From: Octopus sinensis
Lineage: Eukaryota
Direction of reading: 5' to 3'
Assembly (NCBI RefSeq): GCF_006345805.1
Contig: NC_043001.1
Span: 75,206,001-75,270,000, forward strand
DNA length: 64,000 bases
Below are positions 1-12,386 of the stretch, one piece after another. The notes below the pieces were generated by a model. That model was not told the DNA's origin and did not search any database. It worked only from the letters and a program-made list of their open reading frames with translations. The number at the start of each line of letters is the position of its first letter. Position 1 is the stretch's first letter. The translations under genes were made by a program, and so were the position numbers.

Positions 1-620
1 AATTTGTCGTCTGTGAGTATGTAATCCCTCCTCATATCTCTGGAAATTCATATGTGCACTATGGATTAGGTCACCTTCTCTGTGATGCTATTAAAACTTT
101 TTTAAAATTCTGTGATAAGACTGTACATCATCTTTAAAGAACTTTAATGAACTTTGGAAATCTGTTTATGTTACTTATTATCTACATCACTTCATGAGTA
201 TAGCCTCAACCACTAGGATGTCTAGAGAACTCACATGTATTTTAGCTGATGAGTACGGGACACGTTTATATGCTGTAATTTTTGCAACTTTTAATAAAGC
301 CTGTCCTTGTATGAAACGATTGTACTAAAAACCTATCCATTCTTGTTGCTTCTTTCTCGCTTATAATCACCCCACATTACTGTATTGTTAAAACAGTATA
401 GTTTTTTTTGGTGCATCTAAGTTAGGTACCATATTCAAGTATATAAAATTAATTAAGGGTAGAAATTGATATTTATCAATTAAGACCAGTGGTCTAGCAT
501 ATTAAAAAAGAATCCGAAGATTAAAATAGGCTGAACTCCATGCACGCGATATTTCGGTATCGTGTTTGCATCTAGTCCAGCAAATTGCATTTATAACGGA
601 CCATGCTGATGATGGCTGCA
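1..620 (-). mobile_element. Highly decayed CR1-like LINE 3' fragment (boundaries approximate)
   Basis: Fragmentary minus-strand translations resemble CR1 RT C-terminal motifs (ILEYG, EKEATRM, LRLYS), with many stops. Confidence 0.35.
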
Positions 621-918
621 GTTTTCCTTGCGGAAAATAACAGCTGAAACTAATTAGTACATGGGTAATTATTTTATTTCGTATATTTTTCACTTGATTA
701 TTGCTATGGTTTTGTGCTGAGTTTGATCTGAGAACATAATCTTTTGTGGTGAATGGCGATTTGACGTCTATATCTAGCATGTTGACTGTCCACTTTTCGT
801 GTTCAGTCCTTAATTGGTATATATATATATATATATATATAGCGTGGAAGCGTTTGTAAGCCGTTTAAGAATTGTGTCAGTCTCTTTCTGTCTGTTTGTC
901 TCTGTATATATACATATA

Positions 919-1729
919 AGGTACATTTCAGAAGTATTGACATTTCTTTAGCTGAGGTAGTTATAACTGCCCTAGATTATGTAATTTTAATATATCATTA
1001 ATATATTCTTAATAAGCTAGCCTACCAACATTTGTTATTTCGGATTGAAGGACACAACTGTAACAGAACTTTGAACAAACCCCAGTAAACACTGTTTGTC
1101 ACAGCTAACTAGTTTGCAGAATGCAGCCGGCATATGGAAAGAATTTGTTATCTTGCTGTGCAATAAACTTTTGAACGAATCAGGGCAAAATACTACAGAA
1201 AGTTATGAAATGTGTCAGAATGCTTATGGATTAATTTGTATGAAACAAGCAACTATTTTTTTTACTGGTACGAGAGGTCTGGCAAGGTAAGTCCATCGGG
1301 ACGCTTATGATGATCTCCTTTCTCGACAGCAAGGACATCATCTACCTTCACTGGGTTTTCTCTCTCCAGATAATCTACAAAGAGTACTTTGTGGATGTTT
1401 TGAGGGAAGCTAAAAAGAGGTTTCGTCTCAAAAGACCAGAACACCTGCACCAGAACAATGCACCAGTTAAAATGTCAATCCTGGTGACCAACTAATTGAC
1501 AGTGGTGGGCATAAAAACTATCCTTCACCCTCTTTACACTCCAGTTGCTCTCTGAGTTGAAGAAGATGTAGGAGGCTGTCAAATGTGTTCTGAACACTTT
1601 CACTTTGAAAGACTTCCATGGAAACTTTACGAAGTGATTGGAGCGCTACAACAGGTGCATTGAAGTTAAGTGCTACTAATTTGAAATTAATTAAATGTGT
1701 CTCTTGAAAATGTCTAAGAACTGGAATGC

Positions 1730-1733
<4 letters not shown>
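919..1733 (+). mobile_element. Internally deleted mariner transposon
   Basis: Imperfect TIRs AGGTACATTTCAG..GACATTT / AAATGTC..GGAATGCACCT with TA flanks; transposase pieces SYEMCQNAYG, MISFLDSKDIIYLHW..RPEHLHQNNAP and ERYNRCIEV. Confidence 0.85.
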
Positions 1734-1768
<35 letters not shown>

Positions 1769-1779
1769 TCTTTTCTCTT

Positions 1780-1968
1780 GTTTCAGTCATTTGACTGCGG
1801 CCATGCTGGAGCACCGTCTTTAGTCGAGCAAATCGACCCAGGACTTCTTCTTTGGAAGCCTAGTACTTACTCTATCGGTCTTTTTTGCCGAACCGGTAAG
1901 TTACGAGGACGTAAACACACCACCATCGGTTGTCAAGCGATGTTGGGGGAACAAACACAGACACAAAA

Positions 1969-2019
<51 letters not shown>

Positions 2020-2191
2020 CATATACATATATACGACGGGCTTCTTTCAGTTTCCGTCTACCAAATACACTCACAAGGCTTTGGTCGGCCCGAGGCTATA
2101 GTAGAAGACACTTGCCCAATGTGCCACGCAATGGGGATGAAACCGGAACCATGTGGTTGGTAAGCAAGCTACTTACCACACAGCCACTCCT

Positions 2192-2193
<2 letters not shown>
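1780..2193 (-). mobile_element. tRNA-headed SINE family A with internal (AC)/(AT) microsatellite
   Basis: Head gcgcaggagtggctgtgtggtaag with A- and B-box-like motifs; homologous copies at 3876, 9660, 10248/12387 and 20296. Confidence 0.85.
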
Positions 2194-2241
<48 letters not shown>

Positions 2242-2727
2242 TATATATATCATATATCATTTATAGCACTCAAGCAAGAATTCCAACCATAGATCTTGGT
2301 TTGTGTTCCATTTTGTCACATCTCATGAGAATGGGTGATAATCTCATCTTAGATTTAGATGCATCGAATTCTAATTCCTGTAATGGAAGCATACGCAAAC
2401 CACGTAATACCCTTCTTAGCGAATGGTAATATCTGCAAACGAAATATGCTAGTGTCTCGTGATATAAGTTATTCTTAATTCAGTATTTCGTGCAAAGTGG
2501 TCCTTCGTCAGAGTAGAATGAAAAAGTGAGTTGGCATTTTGAAAATAAGTACCATTTCATTGTGTTATTTAAAACTAAAGATGAATTAGAAATTCATTTG
2601 ACTTTACATGGGGGAAGTTACAATGATGGCAATAATAAATTTGAAAAACGTAGTAATGTTAGGACTAACAAATATGTGGTTTAGAGAGTTGAAAAAAAAT
2701 AATAAAACGAAACAAACAAATAAAAAA

Positions 2728-3590
2728 GGATCTTTTCCCTTTGAACAGCAGATTTAGAAATCATGTTTTTGTAACTAAAACTTTCAAACTTCGGACACTG
2801 GTAGAATGTGTCATATAAAACATTTTTTACTCATAGTGTTTTTGAGCAAAGTTTATATTTACGAAGTTATTTCGTTTTAAAGTTGTCGTATTTCGGTAAT
2901 TTCAACCAATCAATGACGTGTATTTAGCTGAATAATATTACTACTGTTGTTTGTCAACAACAACTATCGGCGGTGTATATTTCGTTTGTCACTTTTATTT
3001 ATGACATCGTTCGTGTGTTTGTACTGATTTTACCCTTAAGGTTTTAGTGTTAGGGTTTTAGAGTTAGAGTTAGGGTTAGGGTTAAGGTTTTAAAGTTAGG
3101 GTTAAGGTTGGGGTTTTAGGATTAGAATTACGGAAAAAAAAATGAAAAATGAAGAAATTGGAGGAGTAGGGGGCAAAAAAGTCTTTTCAAAAATAGTAGC
3201 TGGAAAAAACCTAAAAGCAGTAGAAATGCACGAACGATTATGGTGGTACCATGAAGTAAACATGCTTCAGATATACTCGTTTATTCATACAAACATAACT
3301 GAGATGAAATATGTCATAAATAACAGTGACAAACGAAATATACACCACCGGAAGTTGTTGTTGACAAACAACAGCAGTACTTTTATTCAGCTGAATACAG
3401 TCATTGATTGGTTGAAATTACCGGAATACGACAACTTTAAAACGAAATAACTTCGTAAATATAAACTTTACTAAAAAACGCTAAGAGTAAAAGATGTTTT
3501 ATTTGACACATTCTACCAGTATACGAAGTTTGAAAGTGTTTAGTTACAAAAAATTATTTTCTGAATCTGCCGGTCAATAGGTAAAGATCC
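2728..3590. mobile_element. Foldback/MITE with ~280-bp TIRs and a central TTAGGG-like tract
   Basis: 2728-3006 is the reverse complement of ~3311-3590; termini GGATC..GATCC; both sides flanked by TAAAAAA; degenerate TTAGGG at ~3038-3127. Confidence 0.85.
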
Positions 3591-3620
3591 TAAAAAAATA
3601 ATTCAAATAACAACACTTAC

Positions 3621-3756
3621 ATATATCCCATTGATCGGCAAGCGACAATAGCATCGTTCCGTGTCCAAGATTTACCACAAATTCCACCCCATTTATTATC
3701 ATGGAAGATTTCAACAACGCCATGATGTGTAGCAGCATTGCGAAAGCGAACATTTT
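3621..3756 (-). CDS. SRCR gene exon 15: domain 8 N-half, NVRFRNAATHHGVVEIFHDNKWGGICGKSWTRNDAIVACRSMGY
   Basis: gcttcAG acceptor, GTAAGT donor; 136 nt; the partner C-half exon was not found in the window. Confidence 0.95.
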
Positions 3757-3875
3757 CTGAAGCAGAAAAGAAAGATGCACAAGGAAATTTTTTTTACTTG
3801 AAGTTTGAAACCAAAAATATATTATAATATATATTATCAAAATATAAAAAAATGCATTGTAAAAAATTAACATAT

Positions 3876-4058
3876 ACGCGCAGGCATGGCTGTGGGGTTA
3901 AGAAGCTCACTTTGCAGGCACGTGGTTCCGGGTTCAATACCACCGCGTGGCAGCTTCAACATGCATCTTCTACTAATACCTAGTGAGTGACTTTCGTAAA
4001 CAGACATTGTGTGGAAACCCATTGTATGTCTGCGTGTATACATACATACATACATACA

Positions 4059-4091
<33 letters not shown>

Positions 4092-4290
4092 GTATATATA
4101 TATGTGTACATGTGTGTGTGTCCCTACCTACTGCTTGGTGTAGATTTGTTGGCTTGTTCCACAAAAGAAGCCGATAGAATAAAAAACAGACTTAAAAATA
4201 CGAACTGGAGTCGATTCTTTCGACTAACCCTTCAAGGTGGTGCCCCAGCATGGCCACAATCCACTGATCAAAACAAATAAAAAATCACTT
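3876..4290 (+). mobile_element. SINE family A copy (diverged) with internal (ACAT)n
   Basis: gcgcaggcatggctgtggggttaag head; family tail tcaaggtggtgccccagcatggcc. Confidence 0.75.
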
Positions 4291-4611
4291 ATAATAATGA
4301 TTCTAATTCATTTCCACAGAAAATTCTAAATCATTGAATTAATTGGAGCGTATTCTTTAATAGAAAAACACGATTAAAATAGAGAGAATAAGAACACGTC
4401 TCTGTTGCCGCTCGAACTGTTAAAAATAACAACCAGTGCCCCTCATATTACATTTTGTTGACTTGAAAAGTAAGGGATACACTGATAATTTAGTCTGAAT
4501 TAAGTTTTGCTCATTTATTAATTCACTGTTGACGTGATACACATCTCTTTCCAAAATTTGGTCAAAATCTCGTGAAGTCAGTATTTGTTTCACATTAGTG
4601 TTTCGTATTAG

Positions 4612-4935
4612 ATAACTAGCACTCAGTCGGTTACGACGAGGGTTCCAGTTAATCCGAGCAACGGAACAATCTGTTCGTGAAATTCACGTGCAAGTAGCTG
4701 ATCACTCCACAGACACGTGTTTCCTTAACGTAGTTCTCAGGGAGATTCAGCGTGATAGAAAATGTGACAAGGTTGGCCCTTTGAAATGCAAGTATTACTC
4801 ATTTTTGCCAGCTGAGTGGACTGGAGCAACAACAAATAAAGTGTCTTACTCAAGTATGCAATACGTCACTTGTAATTGGACTCACGACCTTACGTTCGTG
4901 AGCCAAATACACTAATCACAAAGCTATGCGCCTTC
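4612..4935 (-). mobile_element. tRNA-headed SINE with CORE-like central segment (a related copy lies at ~52278-52420, +)
   Basis: Minus strand reads head..ttgagtaagacacttt..ttgctccagtccactcagctggcaaaaatgagta, shared with the 52.3-kb copy. Confidence 0.65.
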
Positions 4936-6379
4936 ATCCCTGTCAGGTAAAATCTCAGCCATCAGGAAACCTTCACTAATCCTTTTTTGACGTTATTATT
5001 TCACGTTTGATAAAAATCTTACCTACGAGGTAACTTTTTCACATTAGAGTATCACGTCAATATTTCACGCTTGTGTTTAATGTGTTTCACGTTCGAAAAA
5101 CATCTCACCTTCTAGGAAACTTACATCAGGTGTTGCTTCGGATTAGTGCTTCACGTTTGGTTTTTCACGTTAGTGCTTCACGTTAGATAAAATATCTCCT
5201 ATTAGATTTTTTTCAGTTATTAGATTCATATTATACCCTAAATTCAAAACTTAATGGGTTAGGCTTCACTTATTCTTAAGTCTATACATTTGAATTGCAG
5301 CCAAGCACCAAGATAGATTCAATCTACTCTGCTATTTCCTACCATTTTTGGTTTTGTACCAAATTCAGAAATTTAATGTTAAATTTGAAACACGAAATGC
5401 CTGAAAGTTTAGAAATGCCTCACATTTAATAGAGCTGAATGAATTACAAGCAGTTTTGGTATTTAACCAATACTTGTTTTACCCAACTCTACACGCTAAA
5501 ATACAATGTCAAAACAGTAGGATAAATCTAAGTACTTTATATTTTCTGTAGTTTTATTATTATAATGCTTTCTAATGTAGCGAACTGGCAGAATCATGCT
5601 ATACAAGACAAAATGCTTCCAGTTTTACGTTCTGAGTTCAAATGTTACCGAGACCGACTTCACTTTTCATCCATTTCGGGGTTCATAAACTAAGTACCAG
5701 TCGAACACTGAAATCGATGTAACCGAATAGCTCTCTCTCCTAACTTTCAGCCATTGTGTCTATAGTAGAAACATCTTAATGTCTTTTTTTCTATAGGACA
5801 AGTTCAGTAATATGGAGGGTAGGAACAGGCGATCGTATCAACTCCAGTTTATGTTATTCACTCCGGAGAGAAGAACGGTAAATTCAGTGAGATTTCAAAT
5901 CAGAATGTAAAGAAGCGTGAATAAATAACCGGAATGCCATTTTACCCGCTACTGTAACGATTCCAACAATACATCGAAAATCTGGCCGCAAGGCAGCTCC
6001 TTTTTGGGAGCGTGAATATTCGATAGCTGCACCCCTGGATTTTCATTAAGACTCATTTTATGGTGCTTAGAAGAAATAAAGATTAAACTGATCCCGGTAG
6101 AATTCGAACGGGGAACTTTGCAGAGGCGAAACTTCTTACTGTAAAGCTTTCAAGCCACAATCAATTTTGTCCACCTCTCTGCTTATTCCATCACCAGATC
6201 TTGAGTTTAAAGGGTCTCGAAAGAATGAAAGACGGAATTAGCCCTAGTGGACTTTGAATGTAGGATTTTCAGAGATAAAATTACATAGCACAAAACCTTT
6301 GACCGACAAGGAAATTTGCCTGTCTCTCTACTTATTCTGCCGCCATTCACAATCCTCTTTAAAAGTTACAAGGAAATAC

Positions 6380-6534
6380 CTTCGTGACATCTGATATAGA
6401 ATTCATAATTGGTGGATGTAGCATTGGTCCATTGTATATTACAATCCGTTAAAACAGATTCGTTTCCATGGCACTTCATTGAATTTATTGCTAATCGCTT
6501 CCCAGAACTGCCATAACCAGAATAAGAAGAACAC
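6380..6534 (-). CDS. SRCR gene exon 14: domain 7 C-half, CSSYSGYGSSGKRLAINSMKCHGNESVLTDCNIQWTNATSTNYEFYIRCHE
   Basis: ctcacAG acceptor, GTATTT donor; 155 nt, phase 2 to 1; MKCHGNES.LTDC. Confidence 0.92.
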
Positions 6535-7833
6535 CTGTGAGATAAACATATGTAAAATACTTTAATATCAGAAATTGTTGATTACTAAAGAAGAAAAAAG
6601 AAATATTTGAGCTCTTAATATGCAAACATCTTGGCTTAAGGGATATCAGACAACATTCTACCTCTATCATCATTATGAATCCTTGGACATTACTGTTTCG
6701 ATTCCTAGGGTGGTTATCTGATTTTCTTGGTGTCACCAAGATCACAGCATTCCTCCTTAATAGCAGAGCACTCTGTCGCAAAGGCACTCATTTTGATTTC
6801 AGTCGACTGAAGCAACGTTAAATAAAGTATTTTTCTAAAAGAACACAACTCACCGTTCGATTCGGGACTTGAAACCGCAATCTTGTGATTGTGAGTGCAA
6901 TAATCTAATTACTAGGCCATTCGCCTTCAGTATTCTACCTTTAACAGTTCATTAGTTCCTATCTAAGACACTACAATCCATATTCATTTCACATCCGTCC
7001 AAATCTAAACATTAAGATACTAGTTTAAATCAGTCCATTCAAAATTAACTAGAGTTTGCACTCCAGATTCAGCAAGTTTTGGCGTGATGCCAGAAAGGAT
7101 AGAATTCTAGACTAAATGCTCTGTGATATTTGGTATATATCACCCTTCGTAACTTAAGTGACCCGATAATATACTGCTGTGTATTCATGACACTTTTTGA
7201 TAACTTAATTAGAGGAGGAAAAGAAACACACACGATCTTTTTGCAATGTCTCGGAAACATAGGAGAAGAAACCACAGTCTTAACTACGTGAAAGATGGGG
7301 GATTAAATACTATTTCTTACAAAGGTTATCCTTGTGACCCATAAAAATAAATAATTATACATTTATAAAAGTATATAGAAGTGACAAACCAAATGCTGGC
7401 AATTTCAGGTCATCTAAAGGCAATAAAATATTTGTAGTTTGGTTTGATGCTTCGATGAACTTGTGTGCAGTGCACGACCCTACTGCTTATTGATTGTAAA
7501 GTACTAAGTGGTATCTCAAATAAAAGCTTTTGGTACAATCAGAGTTGCTGTTGTGCCGACAATTAAAAGTCATTGTTTAGAGTATTACGAGGTTGATTTC
7601 GAATTTCTAATGCATTTGTCAATGTTCTGGGCAAATATATCTTCTATCCTTCACAAGTTTCAATCATTAAACTGCGACAATGCCGGTGCACCACCTTCAA
7701 GGATTTAGTAGAAGAAATCGAGTAGAGTATTTATATTTTTGTTCAACCGCTCGGTTACGAAGACGTAAACAAATTGAAACCGGTTGTCAAGCGGTGGTGG
7801 TGAACAAACACAAGGACACAAATACACAAACGC

Positions 7834-7906
<73 letters not shown>

Positions 7907-7950
7907 CACACATGTATGGCGAGCATTTTAACCACATAGCAATACAGCAA

Positions 7951-8790
7951 TCTTTATATATATAAAACTGAGAATGTGTGTCTGTCTGTCTGTCTGTGTG
8001 TTTCCCTAAAACTTGAGAACTACACAACCAATTTCATTCAAATTTTACACATGCCTTACTTAGGTACCGGGGAGTGTCATCGGCAAAAAATTTTAACTTT
8101 TTGCATAGGGCGAGCCCACAGCAATATCATATCTTCTCCACTACGATTCCCTAAAACTTGAGAACTACACAACCAATTTCATTCAAATTTTACACATGCC
8201 TTACTTAGTGTCTATGTAGTTTCATGGGCAAAAAAAGTGTTCAACTTCTTGCCTAGAGCGAGCCCATAGCAATATCATATCTTCTCCACTATTTCAGTAT
8301 TACGTGTTAAAAGTGAAACAAATATATTTCTCTATTTTATGTCAGATGCTTTCACTTTAACAATAATAATAATAATAACAATTGAATTATATATAGTAAG
8401 TAATAATTAAAATCAAACTAAAGTATAATATAATCGTAACATACAAAGGTAAAAATAGCAATTGGTATAAAATTGCATCAATGATTTGAACTTGAATAAG
8501 TGGTTTCACATGAATGGGAATAAATTAAAAATAAAATTAGCGTGCAGAAATGGAATAGTCCAGATGGATAATAAAAAATTAAATTAAAGAAAAGACTATT
8601 GTCTATAAAGTATACAATGTAGAGTATTATTATCACTAGCGATATCAAGATATAACTTTGTATTTTGCATTTTATGTGTAGATGTATATATATAGATGTA
8701 CATGTAATATGTAATATGTACACATATATATACACATATATACATGCACTAGCACTATGACCCGGCAACGACGAGTCTTTAATGCTAGTA
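7951..8790 (+). mobile_element. Non-autonomous Helitron-type element with internal tandem duplication
   Basis: 5' TCtttatatatataaaa..gtgtgtctgtctg; ~145-bp unit duplicated (about 8001-8290); 3' gacccggcaacgacgagtc hairpin remnant followed by CTAG-T. Confidence 0.7.
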
Positions 8791-8932
8791 CTTATTAATG
8801 TTCCCAGTCACACAGGAGAAGTAAATAGACCAGATCATCTATAATGGCTACATATAATTATCGAGTTCGGAAGTGGAGAGAGAAGAAATGTTGATATTTC
8901 ATATTTAGTCTATTTTATCAAGAAATTATTCT

Positions 8933-9123
8933 ATATTCTGTTGTGTCTGGGGAGAGTCATTCTCTTTTAGTGCCTTATTATTTAACACACTCACCGGTAA
9001 AATTTCCACTTATTTCTTATTTTTATTTTCTAAAAATAAGAAATAAGTGGAAATTTTACCGGTGAGTGTGTTAAATAATAAAGCACTAAAGGAGAATGAC
9101 TCTCCCCAGGCACAACAGAATAT
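8933..9123. repeat. Near-perfect 93-bp-arm palindrome (hairpin MITE)
   Basis: 8933-9025 vs 9031-9123, 5-nt loop, three transition mismatches by eye. Confidence 0.9.
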
Positions 9124-9314
9124 GCTTCGATACACGAACTCGTATAAAGAATCTTGCAAACCAAATTCAAAAACGAAATATTCTATATTAGAAATAGATA
9201 TATAATTATGTTGAGCGTTGTTTGAAATTGTCTTTAGATAGCAGCAACATGAGGAAAGATCTTGCTTTTGAATTATAGTATTTTAATTATTACAGAAGAT
9301 GAATTATTACTTAC

Positions 9315-9435
9315 GTATTTCCTAACATTCTACAGATGACCGAGCACTCATTTCTAGTGGCAGTTCCTTTAATACGTCCCCAAATTCCATCGTATTGGAC
9401 TTCAACTCCACCACTGGAAGGAAATCTAACTTTTA
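9315..9435 (-). CDS. SRCR gene exon 13: domain 7 N-half, KVRFPSSGGVEVQYDGIWGRIKGTATRNECSVICRMLGN
   Basis: gtcccAG acceptor, GTAAGT donor; 121 nt; VEVQYDGIWG and VICRMLG. Confidence 0.94.
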
Positions 9436-9659
9436 CTGGGACAAAGAAGAGATAAAATGAAATTAATACTTGCAATTAGATCAATGAAATTAAATATATA
9501 TATATATCTTAGAAAATATATGGTTTACAATAAATGGCCAGAAAAATACCTGAAATATTTCGTTTAAAATTTAGTAAATTTATTTAAATTATGGAAATTT
9601 GACGATGATGTTTCATTGTGAGATATTAGTGAAACTATACGCATTAAACTCTCAACAAT

Positions 9660-10082
9660 ATATGGCTGTGTGGAAAGAAGATTGATTCCCAACAAAATGG
9701 TTCCGGGTTCAACCCTACTGTGTGGCACCTTGGGCAGGTGACTTCTACTATAACCTCGAGCCAACTAAAGTCTTGTGATTGGATTTGGTAGACGGACACT
9801 GAAAGAAGCAAGCATGTATGTATGTATGTATGTATGTATGTATGTATGTACGTACGTACGTACGTACGTTTGTGTGTACGTATGTGTGTGTGTTTGTGTT
9901 TGTGTATGTGCGCACACGCGTGTTTGTCCTCCCCCATCACCGCTTAACAACCGATTCGGCAAAAGCGGCCGAGAGAATGTGCTAAGCTTTAGAAAATAAG
10001 CCCTGGTGTCAATTTGTTTGACGAAAGCCCTTGAAGGCGGAGATCCAGCATAGCCGCAATCGAATTATTGAAACAAGTAAAA
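9660..10082 (+). mobile_element. SINE family A copy
   Basis: tggctgtgtggaaag head, ggttcaaccc B-box, family body and tail. Confidence 0.75.
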
Positions 10083-10203
<121 letters not shown>

Positions 10204-10284
10204 TATATATATATAATAATATATATATATATATATTATATATTTATAGGCGCAGGAGTGGCTGTGTGGTAAGTAGCTTGCTTA

Positions 10285-12386
10285 TTTCCGGTTACCCAGA
10301 ATGCAACACTAGTTGGTCCCGAGTGTTACAGTGAAAAGACGCAAGTTCTGGCTCCGTGAATAGAAAAAAAGAATAAAAAGAAAAATTGTGAATTGTGGCT
10401 CGCTATAGCGAGCAAAAATATTGTGTTCGCATCACCATAACGGTGAATTGAGAATTTTTTTGGGAAAATTCTTTGGTGTGGCATTTTTTCGCCAAATAAT
10501 TTGTAAATTCTAGAGGGCGTATCTCGCTAGAAAAAGCGGAATTTACCTAACTGGAGTACTTTACTTCAAGAATAACCCCGACTATTGGATTACCTGTCGG
10601 AGTATTATACAAAGGATTCCCTGTCTGTTCTATTTGTGAGGTTTTCTTCTATTTTCCCCTTCTTCCATTTTTTCTTACTTTCTAAATTTTGGTTCATTCT
10701 TTTCATCATTTTAATTTCAGTTTCCTTTCCTTCTCTTTTATTTTGTTTTACTTCTATTTTCATTCGGTTTTAATTTCTTGGCGGACTGTCTTTTGAACTA
10801 CTTTTGAACTGTTTTTGGACATGGCAGAGAAGGAACTTAAAAAGAAGAACTCTGTCTTGGAGTGGGAAATTAACCCGCCTAAGCAGTGATTAAAAGATAT
10901 GGAGGAGAAGACGATGATGGTTAGAACTTATTCTAAAGTTCTCGATTCCATCAGCGTCTTCCCAAAACCAGTTAGAGAAAATGAACTGAAAGACTATTTG
11001 TCTTCTGTGAAATACATATCCCGTGGTGTCAAACATGCAACTGTATGGTTGTTGTTTGACAACCGAGAAAAGGCTCGCAATTTTGCGAGTCTGCCTTTAG
11101 AGGGCAACGACATTCTGTTCCTCCCGCCGTACTGCGGGAGGAAATTAATAAGAGCTTGGGTATGTGGGTCAGCCCCAGGCACCGAGGCGGGTTGGATTGA
11201 AGATACCATCCAACGGGGACTGGAGGATAGCGGACCCAGGCTCTTAAATGTAAGGGTATTGCCGGCGGTCAATTGGGAAGCGTCAAAAGCGATTTTGACC
11301 CTGTGGACCCCATCGGCCGCAACAGATCTGGTTTTTCCAGATTTTTAAAAATGGCTGACTGCAGGTATCCGGTGATACTTGAGGGACGTCACGCCAAGTG
11401 TCACTCGTGCCTGCAGCCAGTCCACATTATAAAGAACTGCCCTCAGGACCATGGTAAGGTCATGGAACAGTCACTGGATGCCACCTCCTCTATCCGATCA
11501 AAGGGAGAGGTGGATGTGAGCCTCCTCAACCCAAAAAGGATTAAAAAGGAAGAAAGCGGGCAACAATAGCTGCCCGCTGAAGGACCCTAAGGCTTCAGGA
11601 GGTGGGGGAGAGACTCCGGACAAAGCGGAAGAGCTCCTCAGTCCCGAGGTCAGGAAGAAAAGAAAAAAAGAAAGAAGAACGGGTCATCGCAGGCGGGAGA
11701 TAATGTGGCGTCTGCGTGTCCCGAAGTTGTGCCACCCATGGTGGAAGAAACGAGCCCCATCCTTAAAGATGATGAATTAATTATCTTTTTCTACAAGGGC
11801 GGGGAGGTGGAAAAATAGTAGAAGAACATAAAGAGACAGTAGATATACCCTTCACACGGGATCCCGAATGGCTTCCGCAGATAGCTATGGAGGTCATAAG
11901 GTTTCCTTTGTGGGAAAGGCTTAAAGGAATTTGGGAGGAGTGTCGCATATGACAGGGTGGCCCTTACACGACTTACATGTCCTACATGAGTGAGGCATGG
12001 GAAATGGTGGGATACAGGAACTCAAGCGGCATTGAAGATAATGATGAATATATCGACGGATATATCGATGAGTAGGAGGTGAAATGCCTCGTTAGAGGGT
12101 TTGAAACCTCATCTTATTGTATTATTTGTAGTGGTTTATAACCTCAATTGTGTGTTTAAAAAAACATGTTAAGTAAGAGGTTTTGGTGCCTCCTTCTTGT
12201 AAGAGGTTTGAAACCTCATTGATTTTTTAAAAAAGAAAATATGTTTTCGAGAAAAATCCAGTCGCCGGGTGTTGGGTTTCGTCTCTCATTTATTCATTTT
12301 ATATCATTTTCATTCATTAATGTGTTTGTCCAGCCCGCAAAGCTACACAATCGTTGTACTGTCTATATGACAAATTTTATGAAATA
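10285..12386 (+). mobile_element. 2.1-kb ORF1/gag-only retroelement (HAL1-like) inserted in a SINE head
   Basis: 14-bp TSD AAGTAGCTTGCTTA at 10271-10284 and 12387-12400; disrupted ORF 10821 to ~12075 with zinc knuckle CHSCLQPVHIIKNC; no RT or endonuclease motifs seen. Confidence 0.75.

Noticed and set aside
2270-2430. Candidate C-half exon of SRCR domain 8 after a tttgcAG acceptor
   Set aside because: The required phase-2 frame has only one Cys, no SRCR motif, and ends in a stop; the true exon probably lies outside the window.
3038-3127. TTAGGG tract as a telomere or fusion scar
   Set aside because: Short, degenerate and centred inside an inverted-repeat element.
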